Shown one piece after another: positions 1-10,052 of a stretch of 64,000 bases of DNA (position 1 is the first letter of the stretch; each line of letters starts with the position of its first letter). A program made the position numbers and the translations under genes. The notes beneath the pieces were generated by a model, which saw only the letters and a program-made list of their open reading frames with translations, had not been told where the DNA came from and did not search any database. Source of the DNA: an uncultured candidate division Zixibacteria bacterium (GTDB lineage Bacteria > Zixibacteria > MSB-5A5 > GN15 > FEB-12); assembly GCA_963735035.1 (NCBI GenBank), contig CAVTJJ010000003.1, positions 32,001 to 96,000 on the forward strand. The letters are read 5' to 3'.

Positions 1-90
1 AACGTAAATCACCAGTCCGGCGGTAGATCGAAAGCCCGGTCCGAACGCCGAAAAGGACTATCAAAATGGCTGTTTGGGCGAAGAAAGTTC

Positions 91-118
91 TTGCCTTTCC
101 GTGGAATCGGGTTAGATT
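91..118 (+). promoter_or_regulatory. candidate sigma70 promoter of rpmB
   Basis: TTGCCT-16 nt-TAGATT, about 35 nt upstream of the rpmB ATG. Confidence 0.45.
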
Positions 119-153
119 AGCGGTCTGCAATTTTTGCGGAATTGAGGATTAAG

Positions 154-375
154 ATGTCGAAAATTTGTGAAATCTGCGGGAAGAAACCGCTGTTCGGACA
201 TAATGTCTCCCACGCTCACAACGTGACCAAGCGTCGGTTCATGCCTAACCTTCAGGAAGTACGGGCCATCGTCGACGGTCGCTCCATGCGGGTCACTGTC
301 TGTGTTTCCTGTCTGAAGGCGGGCAAAGTCGTGAAGAACATTCAGGGCCGCAGGGCTCGCCAGGCCACGACGTAA
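154..375 (+). CDS. rpmB: 50S ribosomal protein L28 (zinc-binding type)
   Basis: MSKICEICGKKPLFGHNVSHAHNVTKRRFMPNLQ...VCVSCLK; GAGG SD before ATG 154. Confidence 0.97.
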   Translation: MSKICEICGKKPLFGHNVSHAHNVTKRRFMPNLQEVRAIVDGRSMRVTVCVSCLKAGKVVKNIQGRRARQATT

Positions 376-396
376 CGCGTTGAGTCTGAATAAATT

Positions 397-427
397 AAAG
401 CCGCCCGAGTGGGCGGCTTTTTTGTTT
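397..427 (+). terminator. intrinsic terminator after rpmB
   Basis: AAAGCCGCCC-GAGT-GGGCGGCTTT followed by a T run. Confidence 0.85.
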
Positions 428-460
428 GGTCTCGACCGGTGTCAGGCAGAGACGCGAACA

Positions 461-518
461 GTGGGCGGCACACGTCCCGTGTGCCCCTAAGGGACAGACC
501 GGGAGGTCTGCCGCTCAT
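461..518. repeat. REP-like doublet (GTGGGCGGCA.. family)
   Basis: GTGGGCGGCACACGTCCCGTGTGCCCC...CAGACCGGGAGGTCTGCCGCTCA, nearly identical to 32073-32135. Confidence 0.8.
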
Positions 519-540
519 AAGAATATGATCGTCACAGCCC

Positions 541-1308
541 CTAGGACGAAAACAACGACAGCACGTTGCGATTGCTCATGAAACTATGCCCCAGGAGCGC
601 CATCGTCACCTGTGAGCGGATTAGGGCCGACGTAAACTGCGACATCTCGACAGCATAGTCGGTGTCAGCCAGCGTCGATTCCGCCGCTTCGAGATTCTGC
701 CTCGTAACTTCCAGCGTCTGCTTCTGGGTCTCCAGATCGAATTTCTGGGTCGCGCCCAGAGTCGAAGTTACGTCGTCCAACTGTGACGCAGCGTCGTCAA
801 TCTTTTCCATCGTGGCTACGGCGGCTTCGGGACTGGACAGGTCGATTTCTTCCAGTTGAGCAACCTCCGCCAGAGAGCCCTCCGAACCGTCCAGTATGGC
901 CGCTCCGTTATAATGAGCGTTGGCTATGGTTCTATTGTAGCTGTTGGTGAGAGCGGTCGCAGCCGTATCGTAAGCTTCCTGGGCCTCGGCGCTGTTGCCG
1001 GCAGAATTGGCGGCGGCGACAGCCAACGACCGAAGCTCTGTCAGGCTGCCACGCAGTTCACCGACCGACGAGGACGCCGTTTGGTACTTGTCTATGACGG
1101 CACCGATATTTTCGATTTCCTGATTGAGCGAAGCAATCTGGCTCTGTAACTGCTCGGAGATCACCAGCCCGGCGGGATCATCCGACGCATGATTGATTTT
1201 CCGTCCGCTCGATAGACGCTCCATCGAAGAATACAGGTCAGCGTAGTTGCCACTGAATCCGGCCGCCGCGAGACGGGCCCCTAAATCGGTACGAATGCTT
1301 TCTGTCAT
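541..1308 (-). CDS. flagellin-family protein (minimal, 255 aa)
   Basis: N-terminal ERLSSGRKINHASDDPAGLVIS; C-terminal NLEAAESTLADTDYAVEMSQF. Confidence 0.9.
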   Translation of the reverse strand: MTESIRTDLGARLAAAGFSGNYADLYSSMERLSSGRKINHASDDPAGLVISEQLQSQIASLNQEIENIGAVIDKYQTASSSVGELRGSLTELRSLAVAAANSAGNSAEAQEAYDTAATALTNSYNRTIANAHYNGAAILDGSEGSLAEVAQLEEIDLSSPEAAVATMEKIDDAASQLDDVTSTLGATQKFDLETQKQTLEVTRQNLEAAESTLADTDYAVEMSQFTSALIRSQVTMALLGHSFMSNRNVLSLFSS

Positions 1309-1358
1309 ATTCCAGCCCCGTTTTCAAAGGGTTCGTGGTTTCAACATTATATTAGTCA

Positions 1359-1374
1359 CGCAAGCGCTGTGCCG
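1359..1374 (-). promoter_or_regulatory. sigma54-type -24/-12 promoter of the flagellin-like gene
   Basis: minus strand CGGCACAGCGCTTGCG = GG-N10-GC, close to consensus TGGCAC-N5-TTGC. Confidence 0.6.
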
Positions 1375-1475
1375 TCAACAATGCAGTCTGCCTCTCTTGC
1401 GGGACAAGGAGATAACTGGACGGGACGGGGTCGAGCAGCATCATTATGGGGGATGATTCCCCTCTTTTCGAGCGA

Positions 1476-1516
1476 TAAAAAATGCCGCCGGCAGGGTAGT
1501 TAAGCCGGCAGCATTT
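1476..1516 (-). terminator. intrinsic terminator of the dcw operon
   Basis: minus strand AAATGCTGCCGGC-loop-GCCGGCGGCATTTTTT downstream of ftsZ. Confidence 0.7.
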
Positions 1517-1604
1517 GTGGAGGAACCAATAGAGCTGCTCGCTCTATGATTGTCTTCCGACACAAGGCCGGAAGGTATGTTGTCTTTCAATTACATCAGG
1601 GAGC

Positions 1605-2978
1605 TCAGTTATCCTCGAGTCTTCTGATGTAGGCCGGGATGGTCCGGTCATCTTCAGTAAAAATCGGCACCCGGCTCCGGGGCCTGACACTGTAAGGGTT
1701 CGCATTTCCATTAACGTAGCCATTGTTGCCGCTGTTCCCGTTCCCGTTGCCATTACCATTCCCGTTACCGCCAACAGGGGCCGCTTTGGGAGTCTCGGCC
1801 TGACGGTGCTCTTCGCGGTACATCTCAACGGCTGGGCTTGGGACCGCTTGACTGGGCACTGCCGCTACTTCCACTGGGCTAACAGTTCGCCTGATTGGAA
1901 TGGCCTGCATAGCCTCTTCCGGGAACAACGACATCGCCTTGGTGGGCGTCGCAGCCGCTTGCACGCGTGGCTCTTCTTTGATCTTGGGTCTGGCCGGGGC
2001 GTCTACCTTGCCGATACCGGTGGCAATCACGGTCACCCGCATCTTGTTATTCATCTCGGGATCGATAACCGCGCCGAAAATGATATTGGCATTGTCACCG
2101 GACTTTTCGTAGATCAGCGACGTGGCCGTGTTGACATCGTGCAAAGTCATGTCTTCGCCACCGGTGATGTTGACCAGCACGCCCTTCGCACCAGAGATCG
2201 AAACGGATTCAAGCAACGGCGAGGAAATCGCCTGTTGTGCCGCATCGATGGCCCGTTCTTCGCCTTCTCCATATCCGGTCCCCATCAATGCATTGCCCAT
2301 TTCCGACATCACCGTGCGCACGTCGGCGAAATCACAATTGATGAGACCGGGGATAGTGATCAGGTCGGAAATTCCCTTGGTCGCCTGGTGTAGGACGTCG
2401 TCGGCGGTGGCAAACGCCGCTGTCAGCGTCGTGCCTTTTTCGACGATCTCAAGCAGGCGCTCATTCGGAATCGTTATGAGCGTGTCGACTTGCGCTCTCA
2501 GAGCCGCGAGACCTTCATCGGCCCGATCAATCCGCTTGCGACCTTCGAAACGAAACGGCGTTGTAACGATGGCAACGGTCAACGCGCCCGCTTCTTTTGC
2601 GATCTGCGCCACGATTGGCGCCGCCCCGGTTCCGGTGCCGCCACCCATACCGGCGGTAATGAACACCAGGTTGGGTTTGCCGAGATGTTCGGCGACTTCG
2701 CGACGGCTTTCTTCCATGGCCAGCCGGCCGACATCGGGATTGGCGCCCGCGCCCAGACCGTTGGTGATGCCAACGCCGACCTGAATTCTCTTATCGGCGC
2801 GATTTTGTTCCAGGGCCTGCGAATCGGTGTTGACCGCGATGAATTCGACCCCTTTGAGATCCGAGGCAATCATCCTATTGATGGCATTGCCCCCTCCGCC
2901 ACCGACTCCGACAACTTTGATGTTGGCTACTCCAACGAAGTCGGAAGCGAAATTGAATTGGTGACTTCTCTCTGACAT
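1605..2978 (-). CDS. ftsZ: cell division protein FtsZ
   Basis: IKVVGVGGGGGNA, GMGGGTGTG tubulin signature, C-terminal IPAYIRR peptide. Confidence 0.99.
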   Translation of the reverse strand: MSERSHQFNFASDFVGVANIKVVGVGGGGGNAINRMIASDLKGVEFIAVNTDSQALEQNRADKRIQVGVGITNGLGAGANPDVGRLAMEESRREVAEHLGKPNLVFITAGMGGGTGTGAAPIVAQIAKEAGALTVAIVTTPFRFEGRKRIDRADEGLAALRAQVDTLITIPNERLLEIVEKGTTLTAAFATADDVLHQATKGISDLITIPGLINCDFADVRTVMSEMGNALMGTGYGEGEERAIDAAQQAISSPLLESVSISGAKGVLVNITGGEDMTLHDVNTATSLIYEKSGDNANIIFGAVIDPEMNNKMRVTVIATGIGKVDAPARPKIKEEPRVQAAATPTKAMSLFPEEAMQAIPIRRTVSPVEVAAVPSQAVPSPAVEMYREEHRQAETPKAAPVGGNGNGNGNGNGNSGNNGYVNGNANPYSVRPRSRVPIFTEDDRTIPAYIRRLEDN

Positions 2979-3015
2979 AGTTCCTCCTGAACAGACCGTA
3001 TATCTCTACTACCCG

Positions 3016-4239
3016 TTACATCTTCCTCGTTATCCAATCCTCGAGACGAGCCATCCATGACCGCATGCGACCGCTCCCATGAGTGGTCGACGGCTCGTTG
3101 GCAAATCCGTACATCAACAGCCCGAATCCCGCCGTATAGCAGGGCGAGACTAAATTGTCCGGCACATGCGCGAATCCCTTCAGCTCGCCCATCCGCACCG
3201 GCACGTCGAATATTTGCTCGGCAAGTTCGCTCACACCCGGGAGCGCCGCTGCGCCGCCGGTGAGAATGATCCCGGACGCCAGTCGGTCGAGCTGAACCAC
3301 CTGCCTTAAATCGCGCGCCACGAGCGAGAAGATTTCTTCCATTCTCGGTTCAATAATTGACGCCAGCACATTGCGCGAAATTTCCTTTGACGTGTGTCCG
3401 CCGGGCCCCGGGACTTCAATCATCTCGGTGGCATCCACAAAAGTTGTCAGCGCAGCGCCGTGTGCGATTTTCAATTCTTCCGCCTGTGTGACTGAAGTCC
3501 TGAGCCCGATAGCAATGTCATTGGTCACATTGCGTCCACCCAATGGGACCGCAAAAGAATGTCTGATGGCGCCGTCGAAAAATACCGAAACGCTGGTTAT
3601 GTCGCCGCCCATGTCGATCAACATGCAGCCGGCTTCCAAATTCGTCTCGTTGAGCAATACGTGCGAAAGCGCCAGCGATTCCAGCACCATGTGATCGACA
3701 CCGAGATGGCACCGCTCCAGAGCACGGTAGACATTCCTGGCTGAAGTCACCGATGCCGTCACGATATGCGCTTCAACTTCGAGCCGCACGCCGTTCATGC
3801 CGATAGGATCCTGAATGCCCGACTGGTCATCCACTGAGAATGTCTGCGGCACGACATGAATGATCTCACGGTCGACCGGAATCGCCACTGTCCGGGCGGC
3901 ATCGACCGCCCGCTTGACATCGGCGGCGGTGATTTCGTTATCGGAGCGGCTCACGGTTACGACGCCGTGGCTGTTTATCGATCTAATATGTTCCCCGGCG
4001 ATACCGACTGAAACGCGGTCGATCTCCACGCCCGAGATCATCTGCGCGTCCGCGACCGCCTTTTCAATCGCCTTGACGGTCTTGTCCATGTCGACCACAA
4101 CGCCGCGCTTGAGGCCATCGGCCGCGGCGACTCCGTGCCCGATCACATACACCGAACCATCGGCCTCCATCTCGCCGACCACACAGAATATCTTGGTAGT
4201 CCCGATGTCGAGAGTGGCGACCATGTTCTCGGAGGCCAT
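3016..4239 (-). CDS. ftsA: cell division protein FtsA
   Basis: LDIGTTKI, IDMGGDIT, ILTGGAA actin-fold motifs; upstream of ftsZ. Confidence 0.98.
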   Translation of the reverse strand: MASENMVATLDIGTTKIFCVVGEMEADGSVYVIGHGVAAADGLKRGVVVDMDKTVKAIEKAVADAQMISGVEIDRVSVGIAGEHIRSINSHGVVTVSRSDNEITAADVKRAVDAARTVAIPVDREIIHVVPQTFSVDDQSGIQDPIGMNGVRLEVEAHIVTASVTSARNVYRALERCHLGVDHMVLESLALSHVLLNETNLEAGCMLIDMGGDITSVSVFFDGAIRHSFAVPLGGRNVTNDIAIGLRTSVTQAEELKIAHGAALTTFVDATEMIEVPGPGGHTSKEISRNVLASIIEPRMEEIFSLVARDLRQVVQLDRLASGIILTGGAAALPGVSELAEQIFDVPVRMGELKGFAHVPDNLVSPCYTAGFGLLMYGFANEPSTTHGSGRMRSWMARLEDWITRKM

Positions 4240-4241
4240 TT

Positions 4242-5018
4242 TCAGAACCCTCCGATATTGGAAGTGTCGATCTTCTTCTTTTTCGATTCGGTCGAATCGG
4301 CCGGACGTTCTTGCACGATCAGATTGGAGAAGCGCAGATCGACCTGGGTCGAGGTATCAATCGGTGTCCGGTACAACTCCATGAATTCGAAAAAGCCGGT
4401 CACCTGATCTAACAGATTGTCGGCTGTAACTTTCAAGTGATACGGTAACCCGGAGACGGTCACGGTAATGTAACCGGGCGTACTCAAATCGACTTCCTCG
4501 ATCAGCCGGTACAGTAGAAGATTGTCATCGGCGAGCTCCTGAAGCTGGGGCACTATCAGGGCGACCCTCGGATCGTCGCACCGTTCAAAGATTCGCCCTA
4601 CGCCAACTCCGGTGATAATCGGATGCTCCCAATCGTCAAAATCGTCGCGCAGCGGCACGGTGCGGCCGTCGTGATTCAAACCGACCACCCGCCCGCTGAC
4701 CTTATCCAGCACCAGGCCCACCGGACTGAAACGATTAGTCCGCACATGAAGCGTGGCGGGGAGTTCGATTTCCATGTCGACCCGGGCGGTCTGTTCACGC
4801 AACAGGAGGAGCTGAGCCACCGATTCCATCGGTTGCTTGACGACTGAAGCCCCGCTGTTGAAACCGAGTTTGCGATCCGGATTCATCACGGGTTCGCCGT
4901 CGAGCGTAACCGCTGCAAGGTTCTGCCACTGGGTAAACTCGATGACACAGACCAGCCCGACTCCGCAGACGATGAACGCCAGCAGGATCAGGCGCAGTCT
5001 GGTCGAGAAGAGTTTCAC
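4242..5018 (-). CDS. ftsQ: cell division protein FtsQ/DivIB
   Basis: single N-terminal TM, PIITG, C-terminal VDLRF; between murC and ftsA. Confidence 0.8.
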   Translation of the reverse strand: MKLFSTRLRLILLAFIVCGVGLVCVIEFTQWQNLAAVTLDGEPVMNPDRKLGFNSGASVVKQPMESVAQLLLLREQTARVDMEIELPATLHVRTNRFSPVGLVLDKVSGRVVGLNHDGRTVPLRDDFDDWEHPIITGVGVGRIFERCDDPRVALIVPQLQELADDNLLLYRLIEEVDLSTPGYITVTVSGLPYHLKVTADNLLDQVTGFFEFMELYRTPIDTSTQVDLRFSNLIVQERPADSTESKKKKIDTSNIGGF

Positions 5019-6427
5019 CGCGACGCCATCCTCTCAAGTATCAGCCGCTTTATGTGCGTGATGGACCCGGCACCGACCGTGATAACCAAATCACCCGGTT
5101 TGGCCAGCCGCACAACTTCATCAAGCGCGTTTTCCTTGACGCCGACATAACTGAAATTGCGGGCCCCTTTGGCCTCAGCCCGTTTCTTGATCAATTCCGA
5201 AGTTATGCCTTCGATGGGCAGCTCGCGCGCCGGATATATGTCGGTCAGGATGCAATGGTCGGCGGTCGCGAGCACGTCGGCAAATTCATTCACGAAGTCC
5301 CGCGTTCGGGAGAACAGGTGCGGCTGGAAGATCACGATCAGGCGACGATTGTAGGCTTCACGAGCCGTATTGATCGTAGCGCGGATCTCGGTCGGATGGT
5401 GAGCGTAGTCGTCAATGACCAGAACGCCGCCCGCTTCGCCGACAATTTCGAACCGTCGTCCCACCCCACGGAAACCGAGCAGCGCCTTGGCTATGACGGC
5501 AAACGGTACCTCTAATTCGGTAGCGGCGGCGGCGGCGGCCAGCGCGTTGGCGACATTGTGGCGACCGGGCACTTTCAATTGAATTTCGCCCAGGCATTCC
5601 TCGCGGCGGAAGATCGAGAACTTCGTGCCGCCGTCGCCCGGTTTCAGATCGACCGCCCGATAGTCGGCTTCAAGTGAGAAGCCGAACGTCACGTAAGGAC
5701 GCGTGAACCGAGGCAACAAACTCTTGATATTGGGGTCGTCGGCCGACACTACCGCCATCCCGTAAAACGGCACCCGATTGATGTATGACAAGAAGGCGCC
5801 CCGGAGATCGTCCATGTCGCTGTAGCAGTCCAGATGATCCGGCTCAACATTGAGCACGACCGCCATGCTGGGGAACATCGCGAAAATCGAGCGGTCGTAT
5901 TCGTCCACTTCCGCGACCAGATAATCACCCTTGCCGAGCGATGCGCCGGTGCCAAGTTCGGCCACGATACCGCCCACCACGAGCGTCGGGTGAAGCTCTG
6001 CCATCTGCAGGATGCGGCCGATCATCGACGTGGTCGTGGTCTTGCCATGCGTCCCGGCAATGCCGACCGAAAATTTCAGCCGCATCAGTTCGCCGAGCAT
6101 TTCGGCCCGCTTGATGATCGGTATGCCGAGCTGTCGCGCAGCGATTAATTCGGGGTTGTCCTTTGAAATCGCGGACGAAATAACGACCACATCGGCTTTG
6201 CCCAGATTCTCGGCCTGATGTCCACCGAAGCAGTGGATGCCGATCTTCTGCAGATACTCGGTAACCTCGCTGGGGGTACTGTCGGAGCCGGTGATGGCAT
6301 AACCCAAATTGAAAAGTATCTCGGCGATTCCGGACATACCCGCGCCGCCGATACCTATGAAGTGAAGCCGTTTGAATCTGCCGAACATCATCTTGTTGCT
6401 CACAAATCTGACGGCCTGTTCCGTCAC
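5015..6427 (-). CDS. murC: UDP-N-acetylmuramate--L-alanine ligase (start GTG 6427 or ATG 6391)
   Basis: HFIGIGGAGMSGIA, AGTHGKTTT, DDYAHHPTEI, FQPH. Confidence 0.97.
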   Translation of the reverse strand: MTEQAVRFVSNKMMFGRFKRLHFIGIGGAGMSGIAEILFNLGYAITGSDSTPSEVTEYLQKIGIHCFGGHQAENLGKADVVVISSAISKDNPELIAARQLGIPIIKRAEMLGELMRLKFSVGIAGTHGKTTTTSMIGRILQMAELHPTLVVGGIVAELGTGASLGKGDYLVAEVDEYDRSIFAMFPSMAVVLNVEPDHLDCYSDMDDLRGAFLSYINRVPFYGMAVVSADDPNIKSLLPRFTRPYVTFGFSLEADYRAVDLKPGDGGTKFSIFRREECLGEIQLKVPGRHNVANALAAAAAATELEVPFAVIAKALLGFRGVGRRFEIVGEAGGVLVIDDYAHHPTEIRATINTAREAYNRRLIVIFQPHLFSRTRDFVNEFADVLATADHCILTDIYPARELPIEGITSELIKKRAEAKGARNFSYVGVKENALDEVVRLAKPGDLVITVGAGSITHIKRLILERMASR

Positions 6428-6434
6428 CGGGTGC

Positions 6435-7586
6435 TCACCGATCAACCGTGGCCTCCTGCGCCTTCGCCGCAATCTTCAAAATATCTTCCGCAATAACATC
6501 CACCGCCGGCTTTCGTCCGGCGAGATGCTGTCTAATATTCTGTTTCATTCGATCAACGTGACCATTGTCAAACAAGGCTCGGGCCCGCGCCAATAGATCG
6601 ACCCCGGACAAATCATCCGGATCGATCACTTCGGCATGTCCCTGAGCCGCACTGGCCCGCGCATTCATGCGCTGATGATCTCCAGCCGCATGCGGGTAGG
6701 GGACCAACAACGCCGGCAATGAAACCGCTTCGATCTCAGCCAGCGTAATGGCTCCTGCCCGGGCTACCGCGAGATCAGCCGCGGCGTACACCAGATCCAT
6801 CTTTTGTTCGAACGGAAATACAACAGTCCGCTTGAATTTGTCACCAATAACAGTGCGGATCTTGTCAAAATCATTCTGTCCGGTCTGCCAGAGGAGCTGA
6901 CAGCGCTCGGGCAATGAACCATTCTCCAGCCCCTTCATCACGGCGTCATTGATCGACCGGGCTCCCTGGGATCCGCCGAGGACCAGGATCGTTCGGCATA
7001 ATGGATCGAGGTTGAAGTAGGCCTGAGCTTCTTTTCGATCACCAGTCGCAATCGACTTTCGCACCGGGTTACCGGTCGTAATAGCCGCGACCGTGGATGG
7101 CAGGTACTGGCGCGCCTCGTCGAAACCGAGATACACCCGCGTAGCCGAACCAGCCAAGCGTCGGGTAGTGACCCCTGGGAACGAGTTCTGTTCCTGCAGA
7201 ACAGTCGGGATCTTCATTCGGGCGGCCATGGTCAGAACCGGCCAGCAGACGTAACCGCCGGTGCCAATGACCAGGTCCGGGCGGAATTCTTTCAGGATAG
7301 ATCGCGACTCCCAGAGTGATTTGACCGCCAGGAACGGTACGGCCAGGTTCTTAAGAGTCATACTCCGGGCCAGGCCCCGCACACTGATAAGTTGTAGATG
7401 GTATGGGAGGGATTCGCGGAGACGGTATTCGATACCCCGAGGGGTCCCCACGAACATAACGTTCTTATGGCCTTCGTCACCGACCAACTCACAGACGCGG
7501 TCGGCAATGGAAACGGCCGGAAAGAAGTGGCCTCCGGTCCCGCCCCCGGCTATAACCAGACGGACGGGCCGTGAGCCGGTGGTCAT
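6435..7586 (-). CDS. murG: undecaprenyl-PP-MurNAc-pentapeptide GlcNAc transferase
   Basis: AGGGTGGH, GTGGYV, EQN, GNPVR, GGSQGA. Confidence 0.97.
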   Translation of the reverse strand: MTTGSRPVRLVIAGGGTGGHFFPAVSIADRVCELVGDEGHKNVMFVGTPRGIEYRLRESLPYHLQLISVRGLARSMTLKNLAVPFLAVKSLWESRSILKEFRPDLVIGTGGYVCWPVLTMAARMKIPTVLQEQNSFPGVTTRRLAGSATRVYLGFDEARQYLPSTVAAITTGNPVRKSIATGDRKEAQAYFNLDPLCRTILVLGGSQGARSINDAVMKGLENGSLPERCQLLWQTGQNDFDKIRTVIGDKFKRTVVFPFEQKMDLVYAAADLAVARAGAITLAEIEAVSLPALLVPYPHAAGDHQRMNARASAAQGHAEVIDPDDLSGVDLLARARALFDNGHVDRMKQNIRQHLAGRKPAVDVIAEDILKIAAKAQEATVDR

Positions 7587-8680
7587 TTTACCACCCTCCT
7601 TGATAGATTCAACAGCACCCCAATCGCGGCGCTACAAACCAGCAGCGAGGAGCCGCCGTAGGAGAGAAACGGCAGGGCGCGGCCGGTAACCGGCAAAATC
7701 GATGTCACCACACCGATGTTAATGGCAATATTGACGAACAGCGCCCAGGTCATCCCGGATGCTAGCAGGAAACCGAACCGGTCGGGCTGCTGCATAGCGA
7801 TACGACAGCCCCGCCAGAGGATGTAGAACATCACTCCGAGCACAGCCATGAGGCCGATAAAGCCCATTTCTTCACCGATGGTCGCCAGGATGAAGTCGGT
7901 GTGCGGATAGGGCAGGAAGAACAGTTTTTGATGGCCATCGCCGAGCCCCGTACCGAACAAGCCCCCGGAGCCGAATGTCAGCACCGCCTGCTTGACCTGG
8001 TAGCTTCCATGAAGCGGGTCGGAGATGGCCGCTATATAGTCCAGTACTCTATCTCTCTTGTATCCCAGAACAAACACTACGAAACTGCCCAGCGCGGCTG
8101 CAGGAACGGTTGCCAGCGCCAGATGATAGAGGCGTGCGCCCGCGAGAAACATGATGCCCAGCACCGACATCGAGAGCACGATCACGGCTCCCAGGTCGGG
8201 TTCGAGAATGATCAGGATAGCGCCAACACCAATGATCGGGATATACGGGAAGAGCAGTTGCCGCCAGTCCGATAGATTCCGCTTTGGATTCGACAGCGAG
8301 AAGGCCAGATAGTACACAACAAGGAACTTGAAGAGCTCCGACGGTTGAAACGTAAACGGCCCCAAGAACAGCCAGCGGTGGGAGCCGTTGCGGGCCGGCA
8401 TCAGAAAGGCGATGCACAGAAGCACGACCGTGAATCCCAGCGCCGGGACCGAATATACCGCCAGCTTCTGGAGATCGAGCCGTCCGATCAACCAGATACA
8501 AAAGAGCGACAGGACTCCCCAGAGCGCCTGGTTGCGGAAGAAATGCAGGTGCGACCCGAACCGGCTTTCGGCAATAATTGACGAGGCCGAGTAGATCATT
8601 ATCATACCGGCAACTAGAATCAGCAGATAGGCCAGCAGGAGCCGTTCGTCTATAGCTGTCTTAACGCGCCACGGTTTCAT
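7583..8680 (-). CDS. ftsW: SEDS peptidoglycan glycosyltransferase FtsW
   Basis: FQPSELFK, EPDLG, PHTDFI, LPFLSYGGSS. Confidence 0.97.
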   Translation of the reverse strand: MKPWRVKTAIDERLLLAYLLILVAGMIMIYSASSIIAESRFGSHLHFFRNQALWGVLSLFCIWLIGRLDLQKLAVYSVPALGFTVVLLCIAFLMPARNGSHRWLFLGPFTFQPSELFKFLVVYYLAFSLSNPKRNLSDWRQLLFPYIPIIGVGAILIILEPDLGAVIVLSMSVLGIMFLAGARLYHLALATVPAAALGSFVVFVLGYKRDRVLDYIAAISDPLHGSYQVKQAVLTFGSGGLFGTGLGDGHQKLFFLPYPHTDFILATIGEEMGFIGLMAVLGVMFYILWRGCRIAMQQPDRFGFLLASGMTWALFVNIAINIGVVTSILPVTGRALPFLSYGGSSLLVCSAAIGVLLNLSRRVVK

Positions 8681-10052
8681 CGGAACTCTTACCGTTTCTT
8701 AGTTTCTTGACCACTTCTTTGAATACCCGGCCGCGATGTTCGTAATTTTCGAACTGATCGAAACTGGCGCATCCGGGCGACAACAGCACCGTCTCCCCGG
8801 GATGAGCCATCTCGAAGCACTTGATCATCGCTTCCTCGAGATTCTCCGCAAACTGGGTCGGTATTAGACGACCGAGGGCGTTGAAGACCTTCTCCCTCGC
8901 CTCGCCGATAGCCACGATCCCTCGTATTTTGCCCTCGCCGTAGTCGGCCAGAAGTTCGAACTGTCCGCCCTTGTCTCGACCTCCCAGTATCAGATAGAGC
9001 GGAGTATTGACCGAGCGGAGAGCCCAGCGGACGGAATCGACATTAGTTGCCTTGGAGTCGTTGATAAAAGTCACACCGGCCACTACCCCGGCCCGTTCGA
9101 GACGGTGCTCGACACCGGAGAAACTGGACAGCACGCGCGCCATCACTTCCGGAGTAACTTTGAATTGCGCAGCCATGGTAATGGCCGCGCTGGCGTTCTG
9201 AAGGTTGTGCGGTCCTTTGATAGCGATCTGGTCGCAGGCAATGATGCGAGTCTCTTTGCCGCCGATTCGGGTCCACAACCAACCGTCGACCGCATACGAA
9301 TCACACGTCTTGACTGCTTCAGCCGAGAAGAACGCCTTTCGGGCTCGGCTCGGAGGGTTATCAGCCACCGACTCAGGATCATCCTGGTTGAGAATGAATA
9401 CGTCGGTCTCGTTCTGATTCTCAGTGATCCGATACTTGGCTTTTTTGTAACCTTCGAAACTGCCATGACGGTCGATATGATCCGGAGTGAGATTCAGAAT
9501 CGCCGCCACTTTGGGGCGGAACTCCGAGATCGTCTCGAGTTGGAATGAGGAGACTTCAACCACCGCGATGCTTTCAGGTTTCATCAGACCGACCACATCG
9601 GCAAGCGGGCGCCCGATATTGCCACATACGTGGGTATCGAACCCGGCCGCTGTCATGATCTCGCCTACGAGAGTCGTTGTCGTGGTCTTGCCGTTGGCGC
9701 CGGTTATGGCAATTATCGGACCGGGACATACCCATGAGGCCACTTCGAGCTCAGAAAACACGGGGATCCCCCGGTTGCGCGCCTGGACGACTATGTCCGC
9801 CGTGACCCACACGCCGGGCGATATCACGAGGTAGTCGCAGTTGAGCACCTGCTCGGTGTGACCGCCGGTCTCGAACGGTATCCCCAGATTCTTGAGCTCC
9901 GTGCACTGAGCCGCGACTTTGGCCTCTGGAGCGCCGTCGGACACAAAAGGGTGTCCCTGGTACGCCTTTACCAGCCGCGCCGTGGCCATGCCCGACCGGG
10001 CCATGCCGATGATGCCGACTCGGCGGCCTCTGATCCGTTCTTGTACCGTCAT
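8661..10052 (-). CDS. murD: UDP-N-acetylmuramoyl-L-alanine--D-glutamate ligase
   Basis: ITGANGKTTT, EVSSFQLE, INDSKATN, LSPGCASFDQF; ATG 10052 overlaps the mraY stop. Confidence 0.97.
   Translation of the reverse strand: MTVQERIRGRRVGIIGMARSGMATARLVKAYQGHPFVSDGAPEAKVAAQCTELKNLGIPFETGGHTEQVLNCDYLVISPGVWVTADIVVQARNRGIPVFSELEVASWVCPGPIIAITGANGKTTTTTLVGEIMTAAGFDTHVCGNIGRPLADVVGLMKPESIAVVEVSSFQLETISEFRPKVAAILNLTPDHIDRHGSFEGYKKAKYRITENQNETDVFILNQDDPESVADNPPSRARKAFFSAEAVKTCDSYAVDGWLWTRIGGKETRIIACDQIAIKGPHNLQNASAAITMAAQFKVTPEVMARVLSSFSGVEHRLERAGVVAGVTFINDSKATNVDSVRWALRSVNTPLYLILGGRDKGGQFELLADYGEGKIRGIVAIGEAREKVFNALGRLIPTQFAENLEEAMIKCFEMAHPGETVLLSPGCASFDQFENYEHRGRVFKEVVKKLRNGKSSDETVAR

Noticed and set aside
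4242..6427. absence of murB and ddl from the dcw cluster
   Set aside because: Common lineage variation; the genes may lie elsewhere in the genome.
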